A DNA stretch of 64,000 bases from Neodothiora populina (Eukaryota). The position numbers and the translations under genes are program-made. Shown here piece after piece: positions 1 through 13,442 of this stretch; the stretch's first letter is position 1, and every line of letters starts with the position of its first letter. The notes beneath the pieces were generated by a model. That model ran no database searches, was not told where the DNA came from, and saw only the letters and a list, made by a program, of their open reading frames with translations. The DNA lies in assembly GCF_041146345.1 (NCBI RefSeq), contig NW_027191405.1, forward strand, positions 806,001 through 870,000, read 5' to 3'.

Positions 1-24
1 TCGTACTGACAAGTTATCTTCCAG

Positions 25-753
25 CTGCGGTGAGCAGGGTCACTTGTCCCGCGAGTGCCAGAACCCCCAGAAGGAGAAGACCTGCTACCAATGTCAGTAA
101 CAACCCCTTCGTCTTTTTCTTTTCTTGATTACACTCTGGAGCCCAACATCGGACACGTCACCATCTTCAGCCATCGCTTGCTGCCTACCCACCCTCGCCA
201 ATCGCTTCGACAACTAGCAATCAATACATGGCCTCACATATTCGTTTGACTTTCACAAAAATATTGTACTGACGGTTCGTGTTTCAGGTGGTGAGGTCGG
301 TCACGTTTCGCGTGAGTGCCCCAAGTCTGCCGGCGGTGCTGGTGGCTTCGGTGGCCAGAGCGGTGGTCAAGAGTGCTACAAGTGCGGCAAGGTCGGTCAC
401 ATCGCCCGTAACTGCCAGCAAGGCGGTCAAGGTGGCCAAGGTGGCTACGGTGGCGGTTACGGTGGTGGCTACGGCGGTGCCCAGGGTGGCTTCGGTGGCC
501 AGCAACGCCAACAGACCTGCTACTCCTGCGGTGGTTTCGGCCACATGAGGTGAGTGAGGTTCTGCTCCTTTCAAGACTCGTCGCAATATACTGACCCTTT
601 ATCTCTAGCCGTGACTGCACCCAGGGCCAGAAGTGCTACAACTGCGGTGAGGTCGGTCACTTGTCTCGTGACTGCCCCTCCGAGGCCAGCAACGAGCGCG
701 TCTGCTACAAGTGCAAGCAGCCCGGACACGTTCAGGCCGCCTGCCCCAACTAA
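25..753 (+). CDS. GIS2: CCHC zinc-knuckle nucleic-acid-binding protein (CNBP/Gis2/Byr3 family), 5' end outside the window; exons 25-92, 288-549, 609-753
   Basis: Spliced translation gives repeated Cx2Cx4Hx4C knuckles ([70 protein letters not shown]) with a Gly/Tyr-rich linker. Introns 93-287 (GTCAGT..CTGAC..CAG) and 550-608 (GTGAGT..CTGAC..TAG); TAA at 751-753. Confidence 0.93.
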
Positions 754-2878
754 ATCACCTTATCATGACGACCTTTCACCAGACGAAAATTTCAATTCGC
801 CATCCATTTTCCATTATGCGACATGAACGACAATGAGTATCAGCATTCGACACGAACACAAGTCATGCACAGGGACACCATGCGGGAGAGATCTATTCAC
901 TTCTTGTATGCAATTCTTTGGCGTACTTTTCGGGACTTTTGAATGGAGAGAGAAATTAGGAAGTGGTTGAGTCAGTAAGGTGGAAGAACGGTATCGGTTT
1001 TTTATTTTCTTCATGTCGGTGCGCAAAATACTTCACCTCTTTGCGCGCCATTTTCTTCGATTTTCTCACCATGCGCGCTTCGAATCGAAAATGAGCTTCT
1101 GTAATGTCAAGATTGCAAAGGCTTTGATCGCGATCTTCTTTGCGCATGCACACCCCCCCCCCCCCCCCCATCATCTGGAGCATTTCAATTTGGAACAAAA
1201 AGTTGGACTTGGTCGGTCTCTAGGGCTTTTTTATCGTACACGTTCTTGTGCGTATATAAACAGCCGGAAGTTTAGTTGTAGCCGTGACGAGCAGGATTAT
1301 ACCCCATCGGCGAGAACAAAATTCTAAGATTTGAACTGGATAGTACTGTTGCCTCTTATGATTTCGTTTTTTTTTTCGCTTTTCTGTTGCTCCATTGATC
1401 GACACACTATAGGTCGTGTACCCGAACTTGGGACTTGACCTGGGCTCGCCCATAGATATGGCTGAGATGAAGTCATCTTTCGCTTATATGAGCCAGAGTG
1501 AATGGGATTCAAGCTCGCCCAATCTATCTAAGGTATGTTCCACATGGCCGCCCAATGTACAGTACAGTACAGTACAACTGCAAGCGGTTCATCTATTTTC
1601 TCATAGTAATCTCACTCCATCCGCACTAAATGCAATACACGCTGTGCTATGTTTCCCGCTCGCACCTGATGATGCTTAGAGAAGAAGCTACCTTACTTAC
1701 CTACCACCACATTTTGCCGCTGCTAACACCAAAAGAAGGGCTCATTGTCGTCGTCGTCGCGCGGCCGTCTGTCCGCCGCCACCGACGTCGTCATGTCACT
1801 GTGGAAAAGGCGCACGGGCAGGGCAGCTGTGCACGTGCACTAGACTGATGGGCAACTAACAGGCGGCGACCGGCCACCATTGGGCTCTTTGGCGATGTCG
1901 GGGCTAGCTAGGTTGGTAGTGACCTTTCCTCTCGTTGAAACGGACGGCGCTTGTTGGTTGCTCGTCTGCGAGAAGGGTCATACTGTAAAGGTCACCCAGC
2001 AAGATGCCGACTGAATGATAGAAATGATTCGAGGTGGGCTTTCGTGTCAGACAGACATCCCTGTTTCGGGATCCTCACGTCTGCAATGGCTTTTGTCTTG
2101 ATTCAAAATAAAGATCGACCAATCGCGGACGTGAAACATATTGCCTGCGGTGGTATTCTCACCCATCTACTGTGTACTTACTGTACTGTACAGTAACACT
2201 GCATCGCTGCAGTACTGGCTCGCCTTGACCCTTGGGGTGAGTGAAAATGCGAGCCGCTCGGCTACGATAGCGTTCAAAGAGGGCCGGGGGAGCTTGGATA
2301 ATGGCTTCCAACCCTTTTAACCAAGTTTTGTTATTGCACTTGGGTCGTTCCTTGAACCACTCTGACGCAAGCAGAAGCACAACGATGCCGATACCCCGGC
2401 GCTTGTGCCGGAACTAGGTACGGTGACACTTGCTTAAGACTTGTTCCAAGTCAGATAGAAATCACTGGCGCCGGCAAAAGATGTTAGTTACCTAGAGGTC
2501 TCGCGATTATCAGCGATGCTGTTGTCTTCGTCGGAATCCGGACAATGCGGAATACAGTATTGATTTGCAATGATTACCTGGTGCAGGCATGACGAGGCCA
2601 CAATCTCTTTTCTAGTCTTTTGTGTTGTGCATCTGGTATTTTCCAACTCTCACTCTTGTTCCTCCCTTGTGTATTAGTTGGAGTGCTTGCTACACTTTAT
2701 AACTATCTGTTGCTTCTCTTCAACGATATGCAGGCGTTCTAAAACCAAAAGGACCAGCCGGTTTTACCCAGATCTTACCCTTCATAGATCTGATTAGAGT
2801 CCCATAGATTGGCTACCGTATCTACTGCAAAGCAGACAGAGCGAGATCCGGATAAGCGGTATCGAACGTCGGTTCGTG

Positions 2879-4600
2879 ATGCGCTTCACCACTGCTACTG
2901 ATGCAAGCACTGCTGCATCGGCGTTGACGTTTGCGATAAGTGCCATTATCGCAGCTGCGCCTAGTGCTGTCGCGGATAATACTACTGAGCCTCTGTCTTC
3001 GTTCTGGACGAGGCCTCTGAGCCAGGCTCCGGCGCTTAATGTTTCTATTCAGGATGGCTTCTCCGAGGGTAAGTCGAGTCTTGTAATCTAAAATACATCC
3101 TTGCTAGCAAGAGTGGAGTCTGTATGGAGGTGATCACAGTTCGAATACTGACGTAGAGACCAAGGCTATGTCTTCATTGCTCCATATGATGCGACTCACT
3201 CTGGACCATACATTTATAATAAATTTGGCGACCTCGTCTGGGATGGATATGGTGTGACTGGCTCCGCTAATGCACACAACTTCCGACCCTGCACCTATCA
3301 CGGTAGCCAGCATCTCTGTTTCACCCAAGTCAACCAACAGAATGGCTATGGTATTGGTGAAGCCATCATTGTGAACTCGGACTACAAGGTGGTGGCAACT
3401 GCCCAGACCGGCGGTAATGTTCAGCCTGCGGATATGCACGAGTTTCAGTTACTGGATGATGGTCAAACGGCTATCTTGAGTGCTTATGAGATCATCCCCT
3501 ACGACCTCTCTGGTTTCAACATCACTACTGGTATGGGATGGATCTCTCAAGGCGTCTTCCAAGTAATCAACGTGACAAGTGGCGATGTCGTCTTCGAATG
3601 GTTCGCGGCAAATCACGTGGATCCGTCAGACACGCAGATTGCCCCGAACCAAACGGACACAGGCGGTGATGGATTCTCGCCCGAGACAGCGTTCGATTAC
3701 TTCCATATCAATGCCATCGACAGAACGCCGTCTGGCAACTATCTTGTTTCGGCACGACACACGGGGGCAATCTACTACGTCAATGGAACCGATCGCACCA
3801 TCAGCTGGCGTCTATCTTACTTGGGCCCGAGCGATTATGCCTGTACCAACTTCAACTTTTCGTTCCAGCACGATGTGCGACTCCACTCCGAGAATGACAC
3901 GACTACGGTCATCTCTATCTTCGACAATGCCTCGAACGGCTTCACTACTACTACATCTCAGTCTTCGGGCAAAGTGATTGCTATCGATCACACCACTGGC
4001 AACGCAACGATGATTCAGGAAATATTGTTCCCCAGCGATGACGATGCGGGTATCCTCAGCACCTCGCAAGGCAACACGCAACCCCTGAGCAACGGAGGCT
4101 ACTTCATCGGCTGGGGCGTGAATCCGTATTTCTCAGAACACTCCTCGAATGGCACCGCGGTCCTCCTCGGCTCGTTCCCAGGCGTAGAGAACTACCGCGC
4201 CTTCACCTCCCGCTGGTCCTCCACCCCGTCCAGCACCGTCCCGGAAGTCTACGCCTACGCGCTCAACTCCTCGAGCGACGCCCGCGTCTACGTCTCATGG
4301 AACGGCGCAACGACAGTCGCCAACTGGCGCATCTACGGCGCAAAGAACAACGACGACGGCGAGCGCGGTGAGTTCGAAATACTCGCCACGACCGCGCAGC
4401 AAGGGTTCGAGACAGAGTGGCAGGCGACGGATTTCTATGATTGGGTCAGAGTCGAGGCGTTGTCGTCTAATGGAACCGCGCTGAGGAACTCTAGTATCAC
4501 TCCCGTGTTTGTGCCCAGTGCTGCGTTGGCGGGGGCTTGTGATGATGCTGGGTGTCCGATTGCGAGCACTTATTCGTCGTCGGACAAGGATGAGTTATAG
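2879..4600 (+). CDS. Arylsulfotransferase (ASST)-like secretory-pathway protein with C-terminal KDEL; intron ~3069-3164
   Basis: Hydrophobic N-terminus. The splice joins FSEG to YVFIAPY. Family-type motifs DMHEF, DYFHINAID, YLVSARHT, FQHDVR, FDNA, SQGNTQ, GWG, YRAF, YVSWNGAT. Many N-x-S/T sequons; ends SDKDEL*. Confidence 0.85.
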
Positions 4601-6076
4601 ATGGTTTTTATTTTATTTTGAACGGTGGTGGAGACCCGGTAGAGGAGGAGGCAAGAAGCAGATGACCGCTTAGGTGATAATAGGTGTAGAAGTGAGAAGG
4701 GATAACGAGAGATACGAAAAAGTATATATTCGAGAATACACTTTAATCATAGCGCCCTTTCTGTATTTTGTTGCTATTATTTGGTTGCTATAACTCATCA
4801 CTCAACGTCTGCCTACCACTTTGTGTATCGATTGTGGATGCTTATTTCGTTTCTCATACCATAGCCTTTGTGGATCGCGCCCTCTCGCGATAGATAGCCT
4901 ATCACTGGCGGGCTCAGATGCAGTACTGTGGAATGCATACCTTACTGCAGATATCCCGGCCTAGTGGATTGACCTGGTCTGCATACTCAATGGGTCTATA
5001 GTAGTCACACTCTACAAGGACGTTGCGAGTAAGCACATCCTCGTGAAATGATTACGTTGTTTAGTGGAGGAGTTAGAACGCCGGCGAGAAGCTCACATTT
5101 CACAAAACTATAGTACTTATAAGAATGTCTCAATGTCAGAGGTAGTGTTCTTACTTACCTATCTGACATTTATACAAATCATCACCTTATGGCCCTCTAA
5201 GCGTTTCAACTGAAGAGATGTAAGTCAATTTGACCCACATTACCGCTACAGTAGGTACACTTTCAAGCATCAAGAAACTCTATGGCGCTTACCAAAAACT
5301 CGACAACGGAGTTTATACTTCCAATTCAGGAGTCACAGGGTAAGCGCTGAGGAAGAACAAACTATCCGGAAAACATAAAGAAAATAGACAAGCAGTAGCT
5401 AGGTAGCTGTGAGCATGTTTTGTAATCAGTCACCGGCGCACCCGGCTCTGACCGGGAATGCGGAGCAGAGCGCTCACTCGCCTTTCGACCTTTTCGAAAG
5501 CCAATTCCTCTCTTTCCAAATGAAAATAAATCTTACATTAAAATCAATAATCAATTGGGAAAAGTCCGCGGTCTCTTTCGTTTGCCAGAAGGGGGAAGAA
5601 TCCGGCGCGAGGAAACAAAAACAAAGCCACCAGAAAAGAAAGGTCACAGCGACCGACCAGCAAGCACGTGGTCCCCAAGATCGCGGAACAGAATCAAATC
5701 GGACGACGGCTCTACGGACGGACGAAACGACACGGATCTACCAACGCGCTTGCTTGCCTGCTTGTTGCTGGCTCATTTTCTTTTTGCAAACACCTTCCCC
5801 GCGCCACCCTTTACATCCGAAGCAGAGATTCGGGTCACCCGCGACCAAATCTGGGGTGTGTGCCAATTGCGTAAGAGAGTGCGCGCTCGTTGCACGCGTG
5901 TGAGTGCGCACGCCCGCGCGCGTTTCGTGTGTGTTAGTGCAAGTGCAGTGCGTGTAAGTGAGTGAAAGGGAGAAAGCGGCCGGAATAACGGAAGAAGGGA
6001 AAAGGAAATTGGGGAAATAGAAGTGCACGTCAAAAAAAAATCAAAGAAACCGAGGGAAAAAGGGACGAAACGCAAT

Positions 6077-8685
6077 ATGAACACGCGGATATCCAAAGCG
6101 TGCCAAGAATGCCGACAGCGTAAGATCAGGTGCTCTGGCGAACGACCTTGCAAAAGCTGTCGCGTGCATAATGCTGAATGTGTCTATCGCGCCTTGACGC
6201 GGGTCAGGAAGAGTTACGCGTCCAGTGCAGCTGGTGGTGCTAATGGGGGAGCGGCGGTGACGACAGGAGGAGGTGGGGGAGGTGGAGGGAATGCAGGCGC
6301 CGGAGTGTCGACTCCTTCGTCTACGGTCACTGCTCAGGCAGCACAGTGGCAAACCCCTACGAGTGACCATCCCGATACAACGAGATCACATGCCACCGCC
6401 GCTGGTTCTGCGCCGACGGGCTCAAACGAGCAGTTCCGGGACGAGGAGGTCTATCACAGTGTCAGCGCGACACACAACACGACTCACTCGGGCACTCTCC
6501 AGATATACTACGGCGCGTCGTCTTACTTTGCTTTTCTGCAGCAGCTTCATCGGAGTCTGTTACTCGACGATGGATCAGAGATCGCCACGCCTGGAGAAGT
6601 GCAAGAAGGCGGAGCCGGACTCGATCTGTTCTACCAGAAAGGCTTTTTCTTCGGGACGTCGGCTGTCAAACCAAAACCAGCGCTGGAACAGAAATGGGAT
6701 GCTTTACCTGCCGACCTGGTCCAGCTTTTCATGAACCTCTTCTTTGAGACTCTGTTCCATGTCTTGTCCTTCGTCCGCGAAGAGCAGATTCGCTCATGGG
6801 CAAATCTGATGTTCGACAGCCGCACCAATGACAACGTGACATCAGGGCAGAGATGCATCACGCTTGCCGTGCTCGCGCTAGGAGCCATCACGACCGAGCA
6901 TACCGACTGGGCTGAAATGCTATACAAAGCGGCCAAGGTCGAAGCCAACGACTTTGACGAAGTGGTGAACCTCCAAAGCGTGCAATTCTCGCTTCTCCTA
7001 GCCATCTATCAAAGCACACTGGGTCGACCGAACCAGTCTTACCTTCATCTGGGGTCAGCTACGAGGAAAGGTTTTGCGATGGGTCTGCACAAGGACATAT
7101 TCCACGGAAACAATACTGACGGCATAGATGACCACATCCAGGACCGAAGGCTGACGATGTGGTGTCTTTACTTTCACGAGCGATGGCAAGCTTTTAGTCT
7201 GGGCAGGGTAAGCTCAGTCAGACGATCAGACATTTCGTGTCCGCTCCCCGAAACAGCGACATATCTTGCCCAGTCAGCGCGGCTGTTAGACATAGCTATG
7301 CAATGTGCAGAGACCATGTTCGGGAATCGTCGCCTGTCACTGTGGGAAACGTGGAAGGCTGCAAAGTCAGTGCATGGAGAGCTCCGCCGGTTCGCGGAAG
7401 AGGCTGGTCTGGCATTTGCGTACAGACGCCACGAGATGTCTCGAAGCCCAATGCAGTGTATCACACTAACATCCTGTAAGTTTCCCCTCGCTGTATATGG
7501 CATTCTGCTCCATCACTCGCACGAAACACTCTTAGCTGACCAAGAACTGCAGTCTACTACCACGCAATACTAATCACGTTCCGACCATTCCTGATTGTCG
7601 CAGCAGCCAGACAGAGACAACGACGGCTGGTGCAGGGCACACCAGGGGACACGCCGAGCATTTCGTTGGCTGGCGACGAAATGTGGCTCCGAGAGGCATG
7701 CAGGTACGCCGTTGATGCCGCCCGAGATCAGATCACCTTCGTATTCACCAGCGTCCAAGAGTCAGACGTGTGTAAAGTAAGTTCATGCATCCCAAGTTCA
7801 CACATACGCATTGTTTCCTCCCACTCTTACTTCCCTTCACTCGCTATCCATCGCAAAAGATGTTCAATGTCAGCCACCACAAACCACGATACTAACTCCT
7901 CACCCCAGCGCCTCCGCTACACAGGCTTCTTCATGGAAAGCTCCTGCGCAGTCCTTCTCTATGACTCCCTAATGAACAAACACACCTACTCGCACAACCT
8001 AGAATACATAAAAGCGGGTCTGCAATGTCTTAAAGACATGCAAGAAGTCGTGCCCGGCGAGCCGCTGACGCTGGCCATCGCATCCATCGAACGCATCTTG
8101 TTCGTCGCGCAGAGGAAAATGAATCTGCCCACCACTGTCGCGGGCCCGAACGCCGTCTCTGATCCCCTCGGCTCTTCGTCGGCACATACCGGCGCGCCGA
8201 TGCAGCAGCAGCAGCAGCAACAGCGACAGCGACAGACAGGAGCCGGAACGACCACGTCCACGCCCCAGCATCAAACATCCAATACCGGCAGCGCGTACGC
8301 GTCTCCTATCCCCGGCTCAGCAAGACAGCAATACACGCAACAGAGCAACGACCAGCAGCAGCAGCAACACGCAATCATGACTCCGACAATGGACAGCAAC
8401 AACAACAACAGCAGCAACAGCAGCAGCAGCAATAATCTGCTCGCGGCAACGGGACTGGGAACGTGGGACCAAGGAATCCCGCAGATGGACTGGGGCTTCG
8501 ATGTCTTCACTACGGATCTGAATCACTATTTCACTATCGACGATACCTTTCCCGATGCTGGTAATTTCGGTAGTGGTGGCAGTGGCAGTGGGGGCGGGAA
8601 CGGGAATGGGAGTGGCGAAGGTGGCGGTATGGATTCCGGGGGCCATTATCTTTCTCGTCAGATGTATCGGGATCCTTATTACTAG
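6077..8685 (+). CDS. Zn(II)2Cys6 fungal transcription factor with fungal-specific TF domain and Q/N-rich C-terminal region; introns 7476-7552, 7777-7908
   Basis: ACQECRQRKIRCSGERPCKSCRVHNAECVY binuclear cluster; middle homology region (AMGLHKD...RRLTMWCLY...LGR); spliced FYYHAILITFRPFL; polyQ/polyN tail. Confidence 0.92.
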
Positions 8686-9584
8686 TAGATCCTGGGCCCT
8701 GGTTGCTTGTCTGTTCTGTATGTTCAGGCAGCGGGAAAAAGGATAAAGGGGGGGAGAGGGGGGACAAAAAGTGTTTTCCTTGCTTTTCATGTGTATAGAT
8801 TTCGTCTACGTGTGCTTTCTTTGCGCGGGCGCGCACTGCATGCGGGGTATGTTCTCTGTGCGAGTGCTTCTTCAAGATTTTGTGTACAATTTCTTGTCGA
8901 GACTCGAGGTTTCTCGAGAGCAGGCTCGAGCCATAGTTGAGTGGTATTTCTTTTTCTGCTTCTCTACATATAACTCTCTCCCTCTCAGGTCATCGAGAAG
9001 GAAGGAGCTAGCAAGAAATGGGACAATGACACGACGTGTCTGGCCCCCCTGACCGAGATAGATAATGGTTCATAATAATACATGTTTGGTGAGCCAGCCA
9101 GTTTGTGAGAAAAGGAGAATGTTTCGAAGAATTGAGCAAAAAGACTAGCGAGATAAAGATCATAGAGCAATTAAGCATGTTCGGCCGTGAGCTTTGATAA
9201 GATTGCATCGAGATGGGAAAAAGAAAAACATTATTACACATTAGTCATGACGCCGTGGTCGTTATCGTTTGTCTTAATTTTGTTGCTCGATGAAGGTGGA
9301 TGAGCAACGTCCTGTGAGAGAGGTTATGTCAAGATGGTTTCGGTCCCTGCTGTGGTTGTTGTTGTTGTCGTTCTTGTTATGGCATAAGTGTCCTGTCCAT
9401 GGCGTTATCGATTGGTCTCATGGGAAAAAGGTGGTCATGACTGCATGCTATCAACGGCATGAGGGGACGTTAAGTGAAGTGAGGCGAAAGTCAAGTTCGG
9501 GAAAAGGTTTCGTCCGAAGTAAATCCAAGGCCTAGAAGGCTGACACAACGGGCACTCAATGCTTCATCGTGGTCGAATCGAAGG

Positions 9585-10781
9585 TCAGCGAGGTGGGTGA
9601 TCCGGCGGTCGAGGCTGCTGGGACGGAGCAGTCCTGGGTCTCTGTCCTCGTGGGTCGGGTGGATCATCACGAGAGAGAATGTCTGGATAGCGCGACAGAC
9701 CAGGCACACGCGCCGGCGTGAAACTCTCCTGAGCTCTGTGAGATTCTTCTTCGGGACGTCTCGGTCTGCCGCGTCTCCGCCTACCAGACGATGAGCCCGA
9801 ACTGGGTTGGTCTGGTTGATCAAGGTGATGAGGTGGGGGTGTGCGAATGTTTGCACGCGACGGAGCGACACCAAGCGCTGCCTGTGCAGCGGCCACAGAT
9901 TGAGGACGTGCGGAAGGTGGTCGTGGCATTGGAAGTGGTCGTATGAGCGAGGCTTGTGACGGTCCTGCTGAGGGAAGTCTCGGCATTGACGCTGATGGTG
10001 CAGGACCTGCCGAGGGCGGCCGTGCAGATGTTGCTGATGAAGTTCCTACGGAAGGTGCCCTCCCTAGTGTGCCTGACAGAGGACCCGAAGAGGGTGGTCT
10101 ACCCATTGACATCGATGACGGACCCGGAAGAGGGCCTATGGTACTTCCACGCCGGGGCGTAGGCCATGGATCACCACGGGCAAGAGCAGCCTGTTTTCGT
10201 TCCTCTGCTTCAGCTTTAGTCGGCCGTCCACGTTTCTTCTTGGGTGGCTCCGAAGTCTCGTTGGGACTGGTGAGAGGTGCGCCTTCGGGCCTCGGTTGAA
10301 TCATGCGGCCACCATATGCGGGTAGATCTGGTATAAAGGGACGCTTGATACCTGCAGGTGGCGGTCCTCCAAAGTCGCGTACACTCGTCGATCTCATCAA
10401 ACCAGTCGAGGCTGGAGCCGAGCGCATCATTTCTTCGTACATAGCATTACATTGATTAAGACTTCGTCCTTTGGGTATACACTGTTAGTAGACGATCCCT
10501 TGCGGGTATGACAAGTCCAATTGGCCTGTGTGCGAGCGTACTTTGCGGTAATAACATGTTTCCCCAGTCCGGGACAATGCGGTGGGCTTGAATGAACTGA
10601 ACCATGGCTTCGGGGGGGACACGGCTCTGTCTGACTATCTCGGTAAGAAGTTCTAGCTGAAGGGGCCGAGTCAGCCACTGCGATTCAGACTAGAGGATAT
10701 AAAACATGTTTCTTATATGTGAGTAAATTGTACCTTTTCTGACGGCAGCCAATGTGGTTGCTGAGACGGAGGCTGGTTCAT
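9585..10781 (-). CDS. AT-hook-containing nuclear protein; exons 10781-10734, 10656-10542, 10468-9585
   Basis: Spliced N-terminus MNQPPSQQPHWLPSEK|LELLTEIVRQSRVPPEAMVQFIQAHRIVPDWGNMLLPQR|RSLNQC joins the 285-aa ORF in frame through canonical introns. AT-hook motifs KKKRGRPTK and RRRRGRPRR. Confidence 0.72.
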
Positions 10782-13442
10782 GGTCCGAAGAGCAGGGCAG
10801 GAGAGTGTTCGAAGCTGGAAGACCAATGACTGTACATTTATGAAAGACTTTATTTTTCCAAGGAGGGGGAAAATTGAATGAATGAGGAAGACTGCAGCAC
10901 ACTGTGTGTAACGAAGGCAAGATTGGAATCGGCGCGCGAAGTAGCTAGCGAGAGACTTGAACGAAGTGAATTAAAGAAAAAAAAGATCGAAAAGGGAAAA
11001 CCACCAGAGAATTGGTGTTCAGCGAGCGTGCAGGAAATTGCACATACGAGCAGTAACCTCTAATGTAAAGAAAATCATTGGGGGATGAGCGAAAGGCCAG
11101 AGTGAACAGACGTCAGGGAACGAGAGTGGAAAATCCGAAGGTTGAGCATAGACAAGTTAGTACCTTTAGTCGCAAGCAGAGGCTGGGAAATTGTGGAAAG
11201 TCACTGGACGCATGATGCACAGAACCTGCAGGTTGCGTTTAGCTGCTGCGACCAATGCAAAGGAGATGCATGATGTTATGCGTCCGGCTACAGAGGTTCC
11301 TCTCTGCCCTTTGCTTTCTGTAACCCCGGTCGTCAATTGCTAAGCAAGGCAATAAGGGCAGATCTCTCTTGCCTTAGGACGCAGGTGGCACAAAGAGGCG
11401 TTTAGTTTGCACTCCGATCTAGCCTGTAGAGGCTGCATTTGCCTGTCGTATTATACATCCCGCATGGATTGATGCGCCAGATACCCCAAGTATCGGAGGG
11501 TTTTGTTTTGTCTCTCATATGGGTCCTTGGGGTGATACCGTTTGTACAGTGAGGTACAGTACCTACACTGAGGGGCAGGCCTAGAGGTGGGACTGAAGCC
11601 GCGAAGCACCGGCCACTGCAAGAATGTTCCAGGGCGAATAAGTCGTTCACCCGACACTTGACCCACTCCCTGGTCTGCAGTTCTGCAGTAGCAGCCAAGA
11701 AGTTTGATCTGCATCTGAAACGGATGAGACGTCTTCTTTTTCTCTGCTCCGGCCTCTGACTGGATGGAATTGACCAGCTCTCTTGAGCCCCTATAGTGAT
11801 CGCTCTTGACGGATATGTATCGCCCGTATCGGGACGGCGCTATTTTGGGGTTCGCAGCAAGCGTCGTACTCTGTGCCTGGAGGCCGAGTCGTTAGTCCCC
11901 GGACATGCGACATGGGTGGTGTGACCGTCGCCGAGCTTTAAGCTTTCACCAACCATTTGTCGACTTTTTGAGGTTCCCTATCCCCACTCTCCACTTCCGG
12001 ACCAACCTTACTACAGCGTTTCGTAATAGTACTGTACGGTAATTTTGAACAGGCATAAGCGACTGGTCGTCATGTACCAATCGTCAATTGTTGCCTCAAC
12101 TTTATGCTCGTTACTTCTGCCTTTCCCTTGCACGTACGAGTATTTCGTCAGTCACAAGATACGGTACAGAAAACGGGCATGCAGCCGCATCTAGAGTTGC
12201 ACGCATCGCTTTGCGAACTCTCCTCGTCACAGAGCTTGTGTCGCGCGCTGTCGCCTACAACGTTGTCGCTTGGGAGTGAGACCCAAGTACCCGGTCAAGG
12301 ACCGCGAACAGCGCTCTGCCCGCCCTGGCCTGGAACGTTTGAGATGGTACAAGGACGCGGCTGGTCAATGGATGAACGGCATTGACCTTCAGATCTCGGG
12401 ATGTGACATGGGCTGCTTACTGCCAGGCCTTTTCCTTCCTCGAGAAGAAACACAATCTACCACCAGCGTACTAGGATATAAACGACAGTGCATCTGCTGC
12501 CCACAGAAGACCAGTCGAATGGACTCGGCATCCCCGTGACCCGACAACAAGCAGACATCAACAGTTCCCGTACAGGTAGCGGTCTCGTCATAGCTATGCC
12601 ATCGCTTACGTCTTGCGCGCCCACGAAGAAGGCGTCTATGTGTCAAAGTAAACCTCTTCGACAGCGAGAGACCCCAACTCGCGGCCATTTGACACTGTTC
12701 TGGTCTGACATGCCCGGATCGTAGAGACGGATGCCAGGAGCAAGATGCTTAGCGAAGAATCCAAGGTAATGTAGGCTCGAGATGAGACGCAAAAGAGGCT
12801 CGAACTTGCCGAAGATATCCCGGCAAGTGTCAGCGAGGAGGAAGTCAGGACGCGGGTCCGCCCTCTGCTTCAATATCACCACTTTGCCTTGCGCGACATT
12901 TGATTTCTCTGTCTGCAACGTGCGATTTCTATATCGCACGCATTTTCTATACTTGGTGGGCATAGCGCGGGCTCGGGTCTGTAGGGCTGTCGATGTAGAG
13001 TACGTTGGGAGATGCGTCCAGTCCACCAATAAACAATAACTCATCGTATTCAAAGCAATCATTCACTTCTATACCTCTATACCCTTCGACCAGTCATCTT
13101 CGGCGCAGATTGACACGTCGCTGCTTCCCAAGCAAAAGTCTCTTGCGCTCCACGTCAACGAATGCGCTACGCTGACGGCAAAGTCACCCCGGACATATAA
13201 GCCTTTTCTTTGACCGTTTGTCGAAGGGCGACTTCCAAAGGATCAACACGCTTCCAATTCCGAATTTGTCACAAGCACGACCATCACACCACATGACTAC
13301 AGAGTGAGAGCGGCATGCGCAGTCAGAACAATCTCACGAAGCTCGGCTTGGCATAACCTTTCTCGATCTGTTTGACCTCTGTCTGCTTCCCTCGATCCGT
13401 CACTCACCCTCGCCCTGTCGGTATACAGTCCTCCAGAGCGCA

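Noticed and set aside
93..287. Possible stwintron or snoRNA in the long zinc-knuckle intron
   Set aside because: No internal intron whose removal rebuilds a donor, and no C/D or H/ACA boxes recognised.
234..826. Ala/Val/Thr-rich ORFs on both strands listed in the ORF track
   Set aside because: They are alternative-frame shadows of the spliced zinc-knuckle gene.
1400..1520. Fragments reminiscent of a TPP riboswitch or 5S rRNA (CTGAGA, GAACTTG, ACACGACC)
   Set aside because: The motifs are in the wrong order or too short, and there is no thiamine gene nearby.
12088..13062. Several 60-140-aa ORFs between the AT-hook gene and SET2
   Set aside because: No recognisable domains or consistent splice model.
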